Source: Alphaproteobacteria bacterium (GTDB lineage Bacteria > Pseudomonadota > Alphaproteobacteria > UBA828). From it: a stretch of 64,000 bases of DNA. Numbering within the stretch: position 1 is the first letter of the stretch; every line of letters starts with the position of its first letter. Below the pieces are notes generated by a model that saw only the letters and a program-made list of their open reading frames with translations, did not search any database and had not been told where the DNA came from. Where the stretch lies: NCBI GenBank assembly GCA_963422645.2, contig CAXXVO010000004.1, positions 64,001 through 128,000 of the forward strand, read 5' to 3'. This document shows, in pieces, positions 20,121 to 29,223 of this stretch. Position numbers and translations under genes: made by a program.

Positions 20121-22454
20121 GTGATCCGGCCCGGCGACTACTGCGCCCATGGGCGGCTGTTCGCTCCGATGCCGCGCGTCGAGGCCGGCGCGGCCGGAGT
20201 TCTTTCCTTTCCGATCCCGGCGGTTCAGGTTCAGGCGCTGATCGCCGGCGCGGAACGTGCACCCTACGGTAGGGGCGAGGAGACCGTCGTAGACCGGTCG
20301 GTGCGCGATTGCCTGCAGATTGAGCCAGATGAGATCGGCGTCGGCGGGCGGACATGGGCCGAGACCTTCGGGGACGTTCTGGGTCGGGCGAGCGAAGGTC
20401 TCGGTTGTCCGGCGGACGCGGTCACGACAGGGCTGTACAAGCTTCTGGTTTATGAGACCGGCGGCTTCTTCGCGCCGCACCGGGATACGGAAAAGGCCGA
20501 CGGGATGGTGGCTACGCTGGTGATCTCGCTGCCTGTGGCCGGTTCCGGCGGAGAGTTGGTCATTCGCCACCAAGGCCGCGAAACCGTCGTCGACATGAGA
20601 ACCGAGGAACCGTCGGAACTGGTCTTCGCCGCCTTCTATGCCGATTGCGAGCACGAGATTCTGCCTGTCACGGACGGCCATCGCGTCTGCCTGGTCTACA
20701 ACTTGATGCTTCGGGCGGACGGCGGTATCGCGACCGAGGCGCCGGACTACGGCGCGGCGACCGAGGCCATCGCAACCGAGCTTGCGGTGAGGTGCCGGGA
20801 CCCGGGGGCCAGCGGGAAGCTGGTCTGGCTGCTGGAGCACGACTACAGCGCGGCAGGGCTTTCGTTCGGCACGCTGAAGAACGTCGATGCCGCGATCGGA
20901 CGAGTGCTGTCTTCGGCGGCGGAGCGCGCCGATTGCCTCGTGCACGCGGCGATCGTGCATATCGAGGAGACCGGCTCGGCGTCGTACTTCGGCTACGAGC
21001 GCGAGGTCGAGGACATCGCCGACGACGAGTACGAGTTGATCGAAATCCACGACATCGATTGCTGGCTTGACGGCTGGGCGCGTCCTGACGGCGAAGCGGG
21101 GGAGTATGGCGCGCTGCCGCTGCTTGCGGGTGAGCTGATGCCGCCGGGCAGGCTCGCCCCCGGGGTGCCAGACACACAGCGTCTGACCGAGGCCAGCGGC
21201 AACGCGGGAGCCACGATCGAACGTCTTTATTGCCGCGCTGCGCTGGTGGTCTGGCCCAAGGCCGACAGCGCGCGGGTTCTGGCGCAGGCCGGCGCGGGCT
21301 CGCTTGCGGCGTTTCTCGCTGGCGAGTGGCGACGCGCATCGGCTGACGTGCCGACAAGCGGTCCGATCCGAGACTTGGCGTCTCAGGCGGTGGACTTCTG
21401 GCCCCTGCCCTCGAGGCATCCCGCGCGATCGAAGCGCGAGGCGTGGGAGGGGCACACCAGCGAGACATTGGAGCTGCTGTGCTCGATCGGAAACAGGGAG
21501 GCGACGCTTCGCTTCTTGCGCGAGGTGGTGGTGCCGCATTACGGCGGCGGGCTGAACGGCGCGATCGTGACCGCGGCGGCGGAGATCGGTGCCGAAAAGA
21601 TGCGGGAATTGTTGTGCCCGCTCGTCGCATCCAACCTTTCCCGCCATGCGAAGGGCATCGTCGATCTGGGGGACCGGCTTTGCGCGCGGCTGGAGGATGG
21701 CGGCGATGAAGCATGGCGGGATGCGCTGCGGGAGATGGTCGTGGCCATGTGCACCGCGATGCCGACCGTTGGCGGGCCGTTGGACGGGAACGATCGAAAG
21801 GGAGCGCGTGTCCGCCCAACGCCGCTTGTGCCGGTAGCGTTGACGGCGGTCACGCTGGAACGGTTCTTCGCGCTGCTGTGGCGTTTCGGTCTGGACAGCG
21901 AGGCCGAGGCTGCGGCGCGGCTATTCATCGGGCGCCCGGATCTGGCCTCCCCGGATCGCATCGTACCGGCTCTTCTTGACGCGCTGCATTCGGCGACGGG
22001 TGCGAGGGGCGGGTCTGCCTTCGCCGCGCTGTGGCATCACGGGTCCGGGTTCCTGTTGTCGCGGAGCAGGCTGCCACCGGCACCGCCGGCGGACTGGGTC
22101 GTCGAGGCGGACGGTCTGTCTTGTGCGTGCGAGCATTGCGCGGAACTGCGCCGGTTCTGTGCCGCTCCGAATGCGGAGGTTGGACGCTTCGCCGTCCGGC
22201 AGGATCTGCGGGAGCACCTGCGGCATGAGATCAAGAGCGGCGGCATCGACATACGCTGCGAGACCGAGAGGCGGGGCAGGCCGTACACCCTTGTGTGCGT
22301 CAAGACACGCAGAGCATTCGAGAGGCGACTGCGGCAGTACGAAGAGGACATTGTCTGGATGCGCCGTCTTGTTGGGGCGGCGGAGGCTGTCCCGGGATCG
22401 GCCGACATCGCGGAGGCACTTCGAGCCGCGATCGGGCAGTCGGGGCTGCGCTGA
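20121..22454 (+). CDS. Large 2OG-Fe(II) oxygenase family protein
   Basis: YKLLVYETGGFFAPHRDTEK (HxD), HEILPVTDGHRVCLVYNL (distal H, R); C-terminal CACEHC. Frame is open from 20013, so the start is uncertain. Confidence 0.85.
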   Translation: MIRPGDYCAHGRLFAPMPRVEAGAAGVLSFPIPAVQVQALIAGAERAPYGRGEETVVDRSVRDCLQIEPDEIGVGGRTWAETFGDVLGRASEGLGCPADAVTTGLYKLLVYETGGFFAPHRDTEKADGMVATLVISLPVAGSGGELVIRHQGRETVVDMRTEEPSELVFAAFYADCEHEILPVTDGHRVCLVYNLMLRADGGIATEAPDYGAATEAIATELAVRCRDPGASGKLVWLLEHDYSAAGLSFGTLKNVDAAIGRVLSSAAERADCLVHAAIVHIEETGSASYFGYEREVEDIADDEYELIEIHDIDCWLDGWARPDGEAGEYGALPLLAGELMPPGRLAPGVPDTQRLTEASGNAGATIERLYCRAALVVWPKADSARVLAQAGAGSLAAFLAGEWRRASADVPTSGPIRDLASQAVDFWPLPSRHPARSKREAWEGHTSETLELLCSIGNREATLRFLREVVVPHYGGGLNGAIVTAAAEIGAEKMRELLCPLVASNLSRHAKGIVDLGDRLCARLEDGGDEAWRDALREMVVAMCTAMPTVGGPLDGNDRKGARVRPTPLVPVALTAVTLERFFALLWRFGLDSEAEAAARLFIGRPDLASPDRIVPALLDALHSATGARGGSAFAALWHHGSGFLLSRSRLPPAPPADWVVEADGLSCACEHCAELRRFCAAPNAEVGRFAVRQDLREHLRHEIKSGGIDIRCETERRGRPYTLVCVKTRRAFERRLRQYEEDIVWMRRLVGAAEAVPGSADIAEALRAAIGQSGLR

Positions 22455-22706
22455 GCGGACGAGGTGTCGGTAGTGCACCTTTGCCCGGCGCGTCGGTTAG
22501 ACGCCGATCGGCTCTGCGGCGAGTCAAGCCAAGGGCCTGACTTGAGCCACAGGGGCTGAACCCGGGCCGCGGTCGCGGCGGTCTGGAGCGTTCCGGTAGC
22601 CACGCCGGCAATCGCTTGGTGCGCTTCCAGGCTTCCAAGGGTGGCCGCAGGAGCGAGTTCGATCCGCCAACGCCAATTGTACGGGCGCCTGAAATGCACA
22701 GAGCTC

Positions 22707-23174
22707 CTAGAGCAGCTTGATGAGCGCGACGATAAGGGCCACGGCGCCAACCATCATCGCACCCAGGCGAATGATCATGCGCTGCTCCAGCTCGCGCATC
22801 TGGCCCCGCAGCGTTCCGATCTCGCCCCGCAGCGCCGCTTCGGTCTTCTCAAGGCCGCCCCGCAGCGCCGCTTCGGTCTTCTCAAGGTCCCCCCGCAGCG
22901 CCGCTTCGGTCTTCTCAAGGTCCCCCCGCAGCGCCGCTTCGGTCTTCTCAAGGTCCCCCCGCAGCGTTCCGATCTCGCCTCGCAGCGCGGCTTCGGACTT
23001 CTCGACTTCGGCCCGCAACGACGCTTCGGTGCTCTCCAGGTCGGCCTTGGTTGCCAGGGTCTCGGTCATGCCTTCGGCGAAGGTGTCGACCAGGATCGCG
23101 GCCTGCCTCTCGTCGAAGCCGCCTTCGTCGCGCAGCTTGCGCGCGGCCCTCAATGTGTCGAACGCCACTGACAT
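22707..23174 (-). CDS. DUF1640/CCDC90-like coiled-coil protein with C-terminal membrane anchor
   Basis: FDTLRAARKLRDEGGFDERQA, LATKADL, hydrophobic C-terminus. Confidence 0.8.
   Translation of the reverse strand: MSVAFDTLRAARKLRDEGGFDERQAAILVDTFAEGMTETLATKADLESTEASLRAEVEKSEAALRGEIGTLRGDLEKTEAALRGDLEKTEAALRGDLEKTEAALRGGLEKTEAALRGEIGTLRGQMRELEQRMIIRLGAMMVGAVALIVALIKLL
22826..22965. repeat. 33-bp tandem repeat, about 4 copies (LRGDLEKTEAA)
   Basis: Unit CCCCGCAGCGCCGCTTCGGTCTTCTCAAGGTCC repeated near-perfectly. Confidence 0.9.
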
Positions 23175-23349
23175 GCGCTCATCCTATCGGCGCCGGCGGC
23201 GGTTGCAACCATCGGCGCGGCCGCGACGGCCGCGGCGATCCCGACCGGCTCTTCCGAAGGCGGGCAGCTCGGCGGTGACGGCGGCGCGTCCGGTGACGGG
23301 CGGGGCGGCTTGCTTCCGGCGCGGGTCTGCCGCGCGCGCCGGCGAGATG

Positions 23350-23631
23350 TGACCTGCCCCCGTCGACTGGTCCGGTTTGAATGTTAGTGCATTGACGGTT
23401 TCTCGGCCAAGCTGGATGGCCGGCGGAGCGTAGCGGAGCCGGGCGGCCAGCTTGGCGTGACGATCGTTTCCGGGGCCGGCGGCCGGTATCCCAGGCTGCT
23501 GTGTGGGCGTATGGCGTTGTAATGGCGCCGCCAGGATTCGATGAGAACCTGGGCTTCCTTGAGGGTATAGAAGATCTCCCCGTTCAGGAGCTCGTCGCGC
23601 AGCCGCGCGTTGAAGCTCTCGATATAGCCGT
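23350..23631 (-). pseudogene. IS3-family (IS407-like) right-end remnant
   Basis: NGYIESFNARLRDELLN...WRRHYNAIRPHSSLGYRPP; end TGACCTGCCCC at 23350. Confidence 0.85.
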
Positions 23632-23684
23632 TATCGTCGATTGACGAATGCAAACGCCGGCGTTCCGTCGTTACATCCGCATGA

Positions 23685-25458
23685 TTTGCCGTGAAACAGA
23701 TTCTGGCGAGGGACGCGCGGTGACGCTCCAACCCCGAGGTCACGGCGTTGGCTGAGACCGCCAGGGTCGGCGCGGCGGAGACGAGCGGTGGACTTCCCCG
23801 ATGTGGTCCGAAGCGGTCCCGCGTAGCCGGCTGACGAGATGCGGGCCGCTCAGGCGGCCTTGAGTTCCGCGCCTACGGGCTCGATGTAGCCGTAGCGGCG
23901 GAGCATGCGGATCCACCGAGGAGCGTTGCGCTTGACCATCAGAGCGTCGTAGTCGGCCGTGCGGTCGTAGTAGGGCCTGCCGGTCTTGAGCACCACATAG
24001 ATGATGCGCAGCATCTTGTGAGCGCCGGCGACGATGGCGCGCTTGTAGCCGCGCCGGGCGGCGAGGGCGCGGTGATGAGCCTCGAACTGGCACCCCTTGG
24101 TTCGGGCCGCGCCGTGGGCACACTCGACGAGGCAGGCGCGCAGGGTCTTGGAGCCCATGCGGGTGCGTGCGTTGCGGCGCTTGCCCCCGCTCTCGTTGTT
24201 GCCGGGGCAGAGCCCGGCCCAGGCGGCGAAGTGCTCCTTGGAGGCGAACACGCCGATGTCGGGGCCGATCTCGATGAGGATGGTCGAGGCGGCGGTGCGG
24301 TCGATGCCGGGGATGGTGGTCAGCAGACGGAGCTGCTCCTCCCACGGTGTCATCTGCCCGTCGATCTTCCTGGTGTAGGACGCGATGCGCGCCTCAAGCG
24401 CGTCATGCTCCTCCAGCAGGTCGTTGAGCATGAAGCGGTCGTTGTCGCCCAGGCTCAGGGTGAGCGCCTCGCCGAGCCCCTCCAGCTTGTTCGCAACGTG
24501 GCTGGTGAGCGAGGCGAGGATGACCTCGCGCGCCGTCCCCTGCGCCAGGCCGTCGAGGATCTTCCGGCCGTTGACGCCGAAGACGTCGGAGAGGATGCCG
24601 CCGATGCGCGCACCGGCGCGGTCGATGATCTTCTGCACGCGGTTGCGCACGGCGGAGCGCTGCCTGACCAGGACGCGGCGCTGGCGGCTCAGTGCGCGCA
24701 GCTCCCGGAACGGCTCAGGCGGAACGTGGGAAGGCGTGCAGAGCCCGAACTGGCACACGCAGGCCAGCCACACGCTGTCCGCCACGTCGGTCTTGCGCCC
24801 CTTCAACTGCTTCACCTGACGCGCATGCACCAGGATCGCCTCGAGCCCGGCCGCCTCCAGGGCCGCGAAGGGCGCCTGCCAGTAGACCCCGGTCCCTTCC
24901 ATCACCGCAGCCTCGACGCCGTGACCGGTCAGCCACGCGACCATCTCCTCCAGACCGCTCGGCAGCGTGCCGAAGCAGCGCGTCTCCACCACCGGCTCAC
25001 CCTCGCCCTCACAGAGGCGAACCGTCGCGGTGATCTCCATCTTGTGCACGTCCAGACCCGCCGCGCGCGGCCGGACGACGTGCAAGCCTTCCGTCTTCAT
25101 CGCCTTCCTCCTCATTTGCGCTCTCGCCACGGCGGCGTACGATCACGCCGTGGCATCGCCACGGTGGAGGCGGGGACAGCGGTCGGAAGAACACGCATCC
25201 GACGAGCGGGTGCGGTGCAATTTGCCGCGCGTCCACGGCCACGGGCCGGGTACAATACGGGGTGCGGAGCCGGCCGCCGGAAGCAGTTTTGTCATCGGGA
25301 ACTACGTCACCGATATAACGACGCTCACACGTCCCCACCTCCGCCAATACCCATCCTGACACGGCAAATGGGTGCAAGCGCAAGGAAAACGTCAGCCGAA
25401 CCGCTCCTGTTTCATGCCACGGGGTGGCTCAGAACCGCGGGGACCATGACTGTTTTGT
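23685..25458 (-). mobile_element. IS110-family element, copy 2 (inverted)
   Basis: Reverse complement of 14373-16146, same length and identical protein. Confidence 0.92.
23850..25100 (-). CDS. IS110 recombinase, copy 2
   Basis: Translation identical to 14731-15981. Confidence 0.95.
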   Translation of the reverse strand: MKTEGLHVVRPRAAGLDVHKMEITATVRLCEGEGEPVVETRCFGTLPSGLEEMVAWLTGHGVEAAVMEGTGVYWQAPFAALEAAGLEAILVHARQVKQLKGRKTDVADSVWLACVCQFGLCTPSHVPPEPFRELRALSRQRRVLVRQRSAVRNRVQKIIDRAGARIGGILSDVFGVNGRKILDGLAQGTAREVILASLTSHVANKLEGLGEALTLSLGDNDRFMLNDLLEEHDALEARIASYTRKIDGQMTPWEEQLRLLTTIPGIDRTAASTILIEIGPDIGVFASKEHFAAWAGLCPGNNESGGKRRNARTRMGSKTLRACLVECAHGAARTKGCQFEAHHRALAARRGYKRAIVAGAHKMLRIIYVVLKTGRPYYDRTADYDALMVKRNAPRWIRMLRRYGYIEPVGAELKAA

Positions 25459-25601
25459 TGAGGTAACCCACCCCTTCCATCCATGGCTGGGTTGTCAATC
25501 GGCTTTCAATACTGACCCCCGATTGGAGTGGGCCCCTGGGGTCGGACAGGTGGACTGAAATGATTTGACCGGTGCGCCGGGCATTCGAAGGATCGACGCC
25601 C

Positions 25602-25961
25602 ATGGCCAAGCACCGAACCCATCGCACCCATAGCATCGCCTTCAAGCGCCAGGTCGTTCAGGAGTATCTCGCCGGTGAGACCCTCCACGGCCTGGCCCGC
25701 CGCCATGACCTCTCCCGCACCCTGATCAGGATCTGGGTGGACAAGTACGAGGCCGGCACCTTCGACGAGGACGCCGAGGCGGCTGACACGATCCAGGAAT
25801 ACGAGGCCCGGATCGCGGCGCTCGAGCGCCTGGTCGGCAAGCAGGCCCTGGAGCTCGAGTTTCTAAAGGGGGCTCAGCGGCACGGACGACGGCCGAGAAA
25901 CGCGCCCATGTCCGTCATCACCGGCCCCAAGGTCTCTCCGTCGCAGAAGGATGCCGACTGA
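25602..25961 (+). CDS. IS3 OrfA
   Basis: HTH (FKRQVVQEYLAG...LARRHDLS..LIRIW) + zipper LERLVGKQALELEFLK; TTTCTAAAGGGGG near 25861-25873 is the likely frameshift window. Confidence 0.9.
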   Translation: MAKHRTHRTHSIAFKRQVVQEYLAGETLHGLARRHDLSRTLIRIWVDKYEAGTFDEDAEAADTIQEYEARIAALERLVGKQALELEFLKGAQRHGRRPRNAPMSVITGPKVSPSQKDAD

Positions 25962-26755
25962 TGGGGATCGCGCGTTCTACCTACTACCGCGCTTCGGGCG
26001 GCTCGGCCGACGACACCGCGCTGGTGGAGGCCATGCACGCGATCAAGGAGGAGTTCGAGGCATACGGCTGGCGGCGCATGCAGGCGGCGCTGAGGCATCG
26101 CGGCTGGGTCGTGAACCACAAGAAGATCAAGCGCCTGATGCGCCAGCACGCCTTGCATCCGCCGCGCCGGCGCCGCTTCGTCGCCACCACGGACAGCGAC
26201 CACGACGAGCCCGTCTTCCCCGATCGCTCCAGGGAGCGCGAGGTCGATGGCCCGAACCAGCTCTGGGTCGCCGACCTGACATACATCGCCATCCTCGGCG
26301 GCTTCGTCTATCTGGCGGCGATCATGGATGCGTGGTCGCGGCGCATCGTGGGCTACGCCCTCGGCCGACGGATCGATGCCCGGCTGACCCTTGCGGCGCT
26401 CACGACGGCGATCGAGAACCGCCATCCGCCACCCGGCTGCGTCCATCACTCCGATAGAGGCTCGCAATACGCCGCCCAGGCCTACAGGGCCCTGCTCGAC
26501 GAACACGGCCTGGTCGGCTCGATGGGGCGCCGCGGCAATCCCTACGACAACGCGATGATGGAGAGCTTCATGAAGACGCTGAAGGTCGAGGGCGTCTACC
26601 CCATGGCCTTCGAGAGCGCGGAAGACGTGGCGGAGCACCTGCCGCGCTTCATCGACAGCTACAACGAGAGACGCCTACACTCCGCCCTCGGCTATCTCAG
26701 CCCCAACCGCTTCGAGGAGAAACAACCCCGCACCCCGGTCAAAACCGCCGCATGA
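25961..26755 (+). CDS. IS3 OrfB (DDE/rve)
   Basis: YGWRRM, WVADLTY, HHSDRGSQY, DNAMMESF, RLHSALGY. Confidence 0.93.
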   Translation: MGIARSTYYRASGGSADDTALVEAMHAIKEEFEAYGWRRMQAALRHRGWVVNHKKIKRLMRQHALHPPRRRRFVATTDSDHDEPVFPDRSREREVDGPNQLWVADLTYIAILGGFVYLAAIMDAWSRRIVGYALGRRIDARLTLAALTTAIENRHPPPGCVHHSDRGSQYAAQAYRALLDEHGLVGSMGRRGNPYDNAMMESFMKTLKVEGVYPMAFESAEDVAEHLPRFIDSYNERRLHSALGYLSPNRFEEKQPRTPVKTAA

Positions 26756-26957
26756 AACTGTCCGACCCCAGGGGCCCACTCCAGATCGGCGTGCAAAATT
26801 GACCCCCCTGAGTGGCACGGCGGAGGTTGTCCCGGTAGCCAATAGGGGGGACCCGCGCGGCTTCGTGTGGCGCCCTGCGCTACGCGGAGCGAAGCCGCGT
26901 GGGGGGTCCCTGTTGGCCCACCGGGGCAACCGGGCCGCAAGGGAGGCCGGCGGCGGG

Positions 26958-27686
26958 TCAGGAGCGGTTCTTGAAGCGCCAGCTCTCGTTGCCGGTCTCG
27001 ATGATCTCGCAATGATGGGTGAGGCGATCGAGCAGCGCTGTGGTCATCTTGGGGTCGCCGAAGACGGATGGCCATTCGCCGAAGGCGAGGTTTGTGGTGA
27101 TGACGATCGAGGTGCGCTCGTAGAGCCGGCTCATCAGATGGAAGAGCAGCTGCCCACCGGCCTGGGCGAAGGGCAGGTAGCCGAGCTCGTCGAGGATGAC
27201 GAAGTCGCGGCGGACGAGCTGGTCTGCAGTGCGGCCCTGGCGTCCGGCGCGAAGCTCGGCCTCGAGGAGGTTGACCAGGTCGACGACGTTGTAGCACCGG
27301 CCGCGCGCGCCCTTGCGGATGCAGGACCGCGCGATGGCGACGGCGAGATGGGTCTTGCCGGTACCGGTGCCGCCGACCAGCACGATGTTGCGTTTGCCCT
27401 CGAGGAAGCCGCCGCCGGCGAGCTCCTGGATCAGGGGCTCGTTGACCGGCGAGGCGGCGAAGTCGAAGTCGGCCAGCTCCTTGACCGTCGGCAGCTTGGC
27501 GGAGGCCATCTGGTACTTGATCGAGCGGGCCCTCTTGTCGGCGATCTCGACCTGCAGCAGCGTACCGATGATCTGTTGCACCGGATGGCGGCGCTTGAGC
27601 CCGTCGGCAAGGATGTCGTCGTAAGCGGCGCGCATACCTGCGAGCTTCAGCTGGGTCATCATCTCCAGCACATCATGACGCTCCAT
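26958..27686 (-). CDS. istB: IS21 helper ATPase IstB
   Basis: [36 protein letters not shown]. Confidence 0.95.
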   Translation of the reverse strand: MERHDVLEMMTQLKLAGMRAAYDDILADGLKRRHPVQQIIGTLLQVEIADKRARSIKYQMASAKLPTVKELADFDFAASPVNEPLIQELAGGGFLEGKRNIVLVGGTGTGKTHLAVAIARSCIRKGARGRCYNVVDLVNLLEAELRAGRQGRTADQLVRRDFVILDELGYLPFAQAGGQLLFHLMSRLYERTSIVITTNLAFGEWPSVFGDPKMTTALLDRLTHHCEIIETGNESWRFKNRS

Positions 27687-27856
27687 GACCGGCCTCCCTC
27701 AGGCTGTCGTAGCGCTGACAGTCGGCTACCGGCTTGTGGCGAAGCTGCAGGCCCTCGGGCGTCGGGATGATTGCCGGCGGTGCCGGCTGGCGCTGCCGGG
27801 CGAGGATGTTGAGCACCACGTCGGCGCTGCAGGCACCGCAGTCGAGCGTCTCGGCA
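27673..27856 (-). pseudogene. istA: IstA C-terminal fragment
   Basis: SADVVLNILAR...PVADCQRYDSL overlapping the istB start. Confidence 0.8.
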
Positions 27857-28008
27857 CACCCCGAGCGCTTCAGGTGGGCGCCGACCGCATCGCGGAGCTT
27901 GTCGTCGAGAGGTGTCATGCGGGCGAACGTAATTGGAACTACCGCCGTTGATAATTGTCTTGGTTAGGGAATATCCTGCGCCACGCGGCATCCACGCAAG
28001 GAGCGGCC

Positions 28009-28677
28009 ATGCAACCCGACACCCCGCGAGAGAACCTCAAAGAGGCCCTTTGGAAGAACGGCGCCTCGCTCGCCGAAGCCTCCCTCGCCATCGGCAGGAA
28101 CAAGGCCTACCTCCAGCAGTACCTCGCAAGAGGCATGCCCCGGGTGCTCTCGTTCCGCGACTCCGAAACGCTCGGCGAGCTGCTCGGGTGCGACCCCGCC
28201 CGGCTCCGCCACGACGCGCTGCCCGCCCCGAAACCATGGACCGGACCGAAGCGCCGGCGCACCGCCGGCGCCTCGGTGCCCGAGATGGAGGTCGAGGCCG
28301 CCGCCGGCCCCGGCGCCTGGCACGAGGACTTCGTCCACGAGAAGGCCCGGTGGCGCCTGCCCGAGGCCATGGTCCGCCACGAGGGCGACGCCGACCCCGA
28401 GGCGGTGCGCATCCTCCGGGTGCGCGGCAACTCCATGGAGCCCGAGCTCCGCGAAGGCGACCGCCTCGTCGTCGACACCGCGCGCCGCGTCCCCGCCGCC
28501 GGCGAGCTCTTCGTGCTCTGGGACGGCGCCGGGCTCGTGGTCAAGCGCATCGACGCGCTCACCGCCAAGGGCACGCTCCACCTCGTCTCCGCCCACCCCG
28601 ACTACCCGCCCTACGAACGCCCGGCCGACGAGGTCCACATCGTCGGCAAGGTGCTGTGGAAGATCGTGCGCGCCTGA
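28009..28677 (+). CDS. LexA/CI-like repressor (HTH + S24 peptidase)
   Basis: ASLAIGRNKAYLQQYL HTH, AAAGPG cleavage-like site, VRGNSMEP (Ser), VVKRI (Lys); AAGGAG RBS. Confidence 0.9.
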   Translation: MQPDTPRENLKEALWKNGASLAEASLAIGRNKAYLQQYLARGMPRVLSFRDSETLGELLGCDPARLRHDALPAPKPWTGPKRRRTAGASVPEMEVEAAAGPGAWHEDFVHEKARWRLPEAMVRHEGDADPEAVRILRVRGNSMEPELREGDRLVVDTARRVPAAGELFVLWDGAGLVVKRIDALTAKGTLHLVSAHPDYPPYERPADEVHIVGKVLWKIVRA

Positions 28678-29033
28678 ACGCGCGCCAGGAGCATCGGCGC
28701 GCTCCGCCGCCGCGCCGGGAAGCGCGGGCGCCGACGGCCTCATCTCGAGGCGCCGCGCGGAACGAGCACGGTCTCCCGGGGCGCATCGCCTTCCACGGCC
28801 GCCCGCCACTGCGCGAATCCGTCCGTCCGTCCGCGGGCGCCCGCCGGCGAAGATGCGGGCGGCGCAGGCGGCAACAACCGGACGACATTCGCCAGGGTCG
28901 TCAGCAGGGACCCGGTCGCGCGGCGCAATGCCCGGTTCCCGCGCTCCGGGGCATCGAGCCGTTCGCGGTCGCCCCGGATCGGCCCACCGCCCCTCACCAG
29001 CGGATCGCTGGATGAATCTCAGGGATAAGCAGG

Positions 29034-29050
29034 TTTGTATTTGGTATAAG
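29034..29050 (+). promoter_or_regulatory. Possible extended -10 promoter for the helicase operon
   Basis: AT-rich patch TTTGTATTTGGTATAAG (TGn-TATAAG) about 175 bp upstream of the helicase. Confidence 0.35.
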
Positions 29051-29223
29051 GGCGCGATAGCGCCGCGGTGAACGCACCGGCGTCGAGAGGCATGTGATGG
29101 GTACTCGGAGAACGAGCGGACAGGTGAACGGCCCTGGGCATATGGCCGATGCACGGGCATCGTTCCCTCGGGGAGGCTCGACGGGGCCGGCATTGGAAGC
29201 GCCCGCGCAAGGGGCATGTCGTC

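Larger units (their letters stand above)
25524..26783 (+). mobile_element. Complete IS3-family element (1260 bp)
   Basis: 26-bp perfect IRs TGGAGTGGGCCCCTGGGGTCGGACAG; 3-bp TSD GAT (25521-25523, 26784-26786). Confidence 0.95.
25493..27856 (-). mobile_element. Truncated IS21-family element (right end, istB, istA tail)
   Basis: End TGTCAATCGGCTTTCAATACTGACCCCCGAT | CGGCGTGCAAAATTGACCCC is split by IS3. Left limit approximate. Confidence 0.8.

Noticed and set aside
22826-22965. 33-bp repeats as a CRISPR array
   Set aside because: No spacers, in-frame coding repeat, no cas genes.
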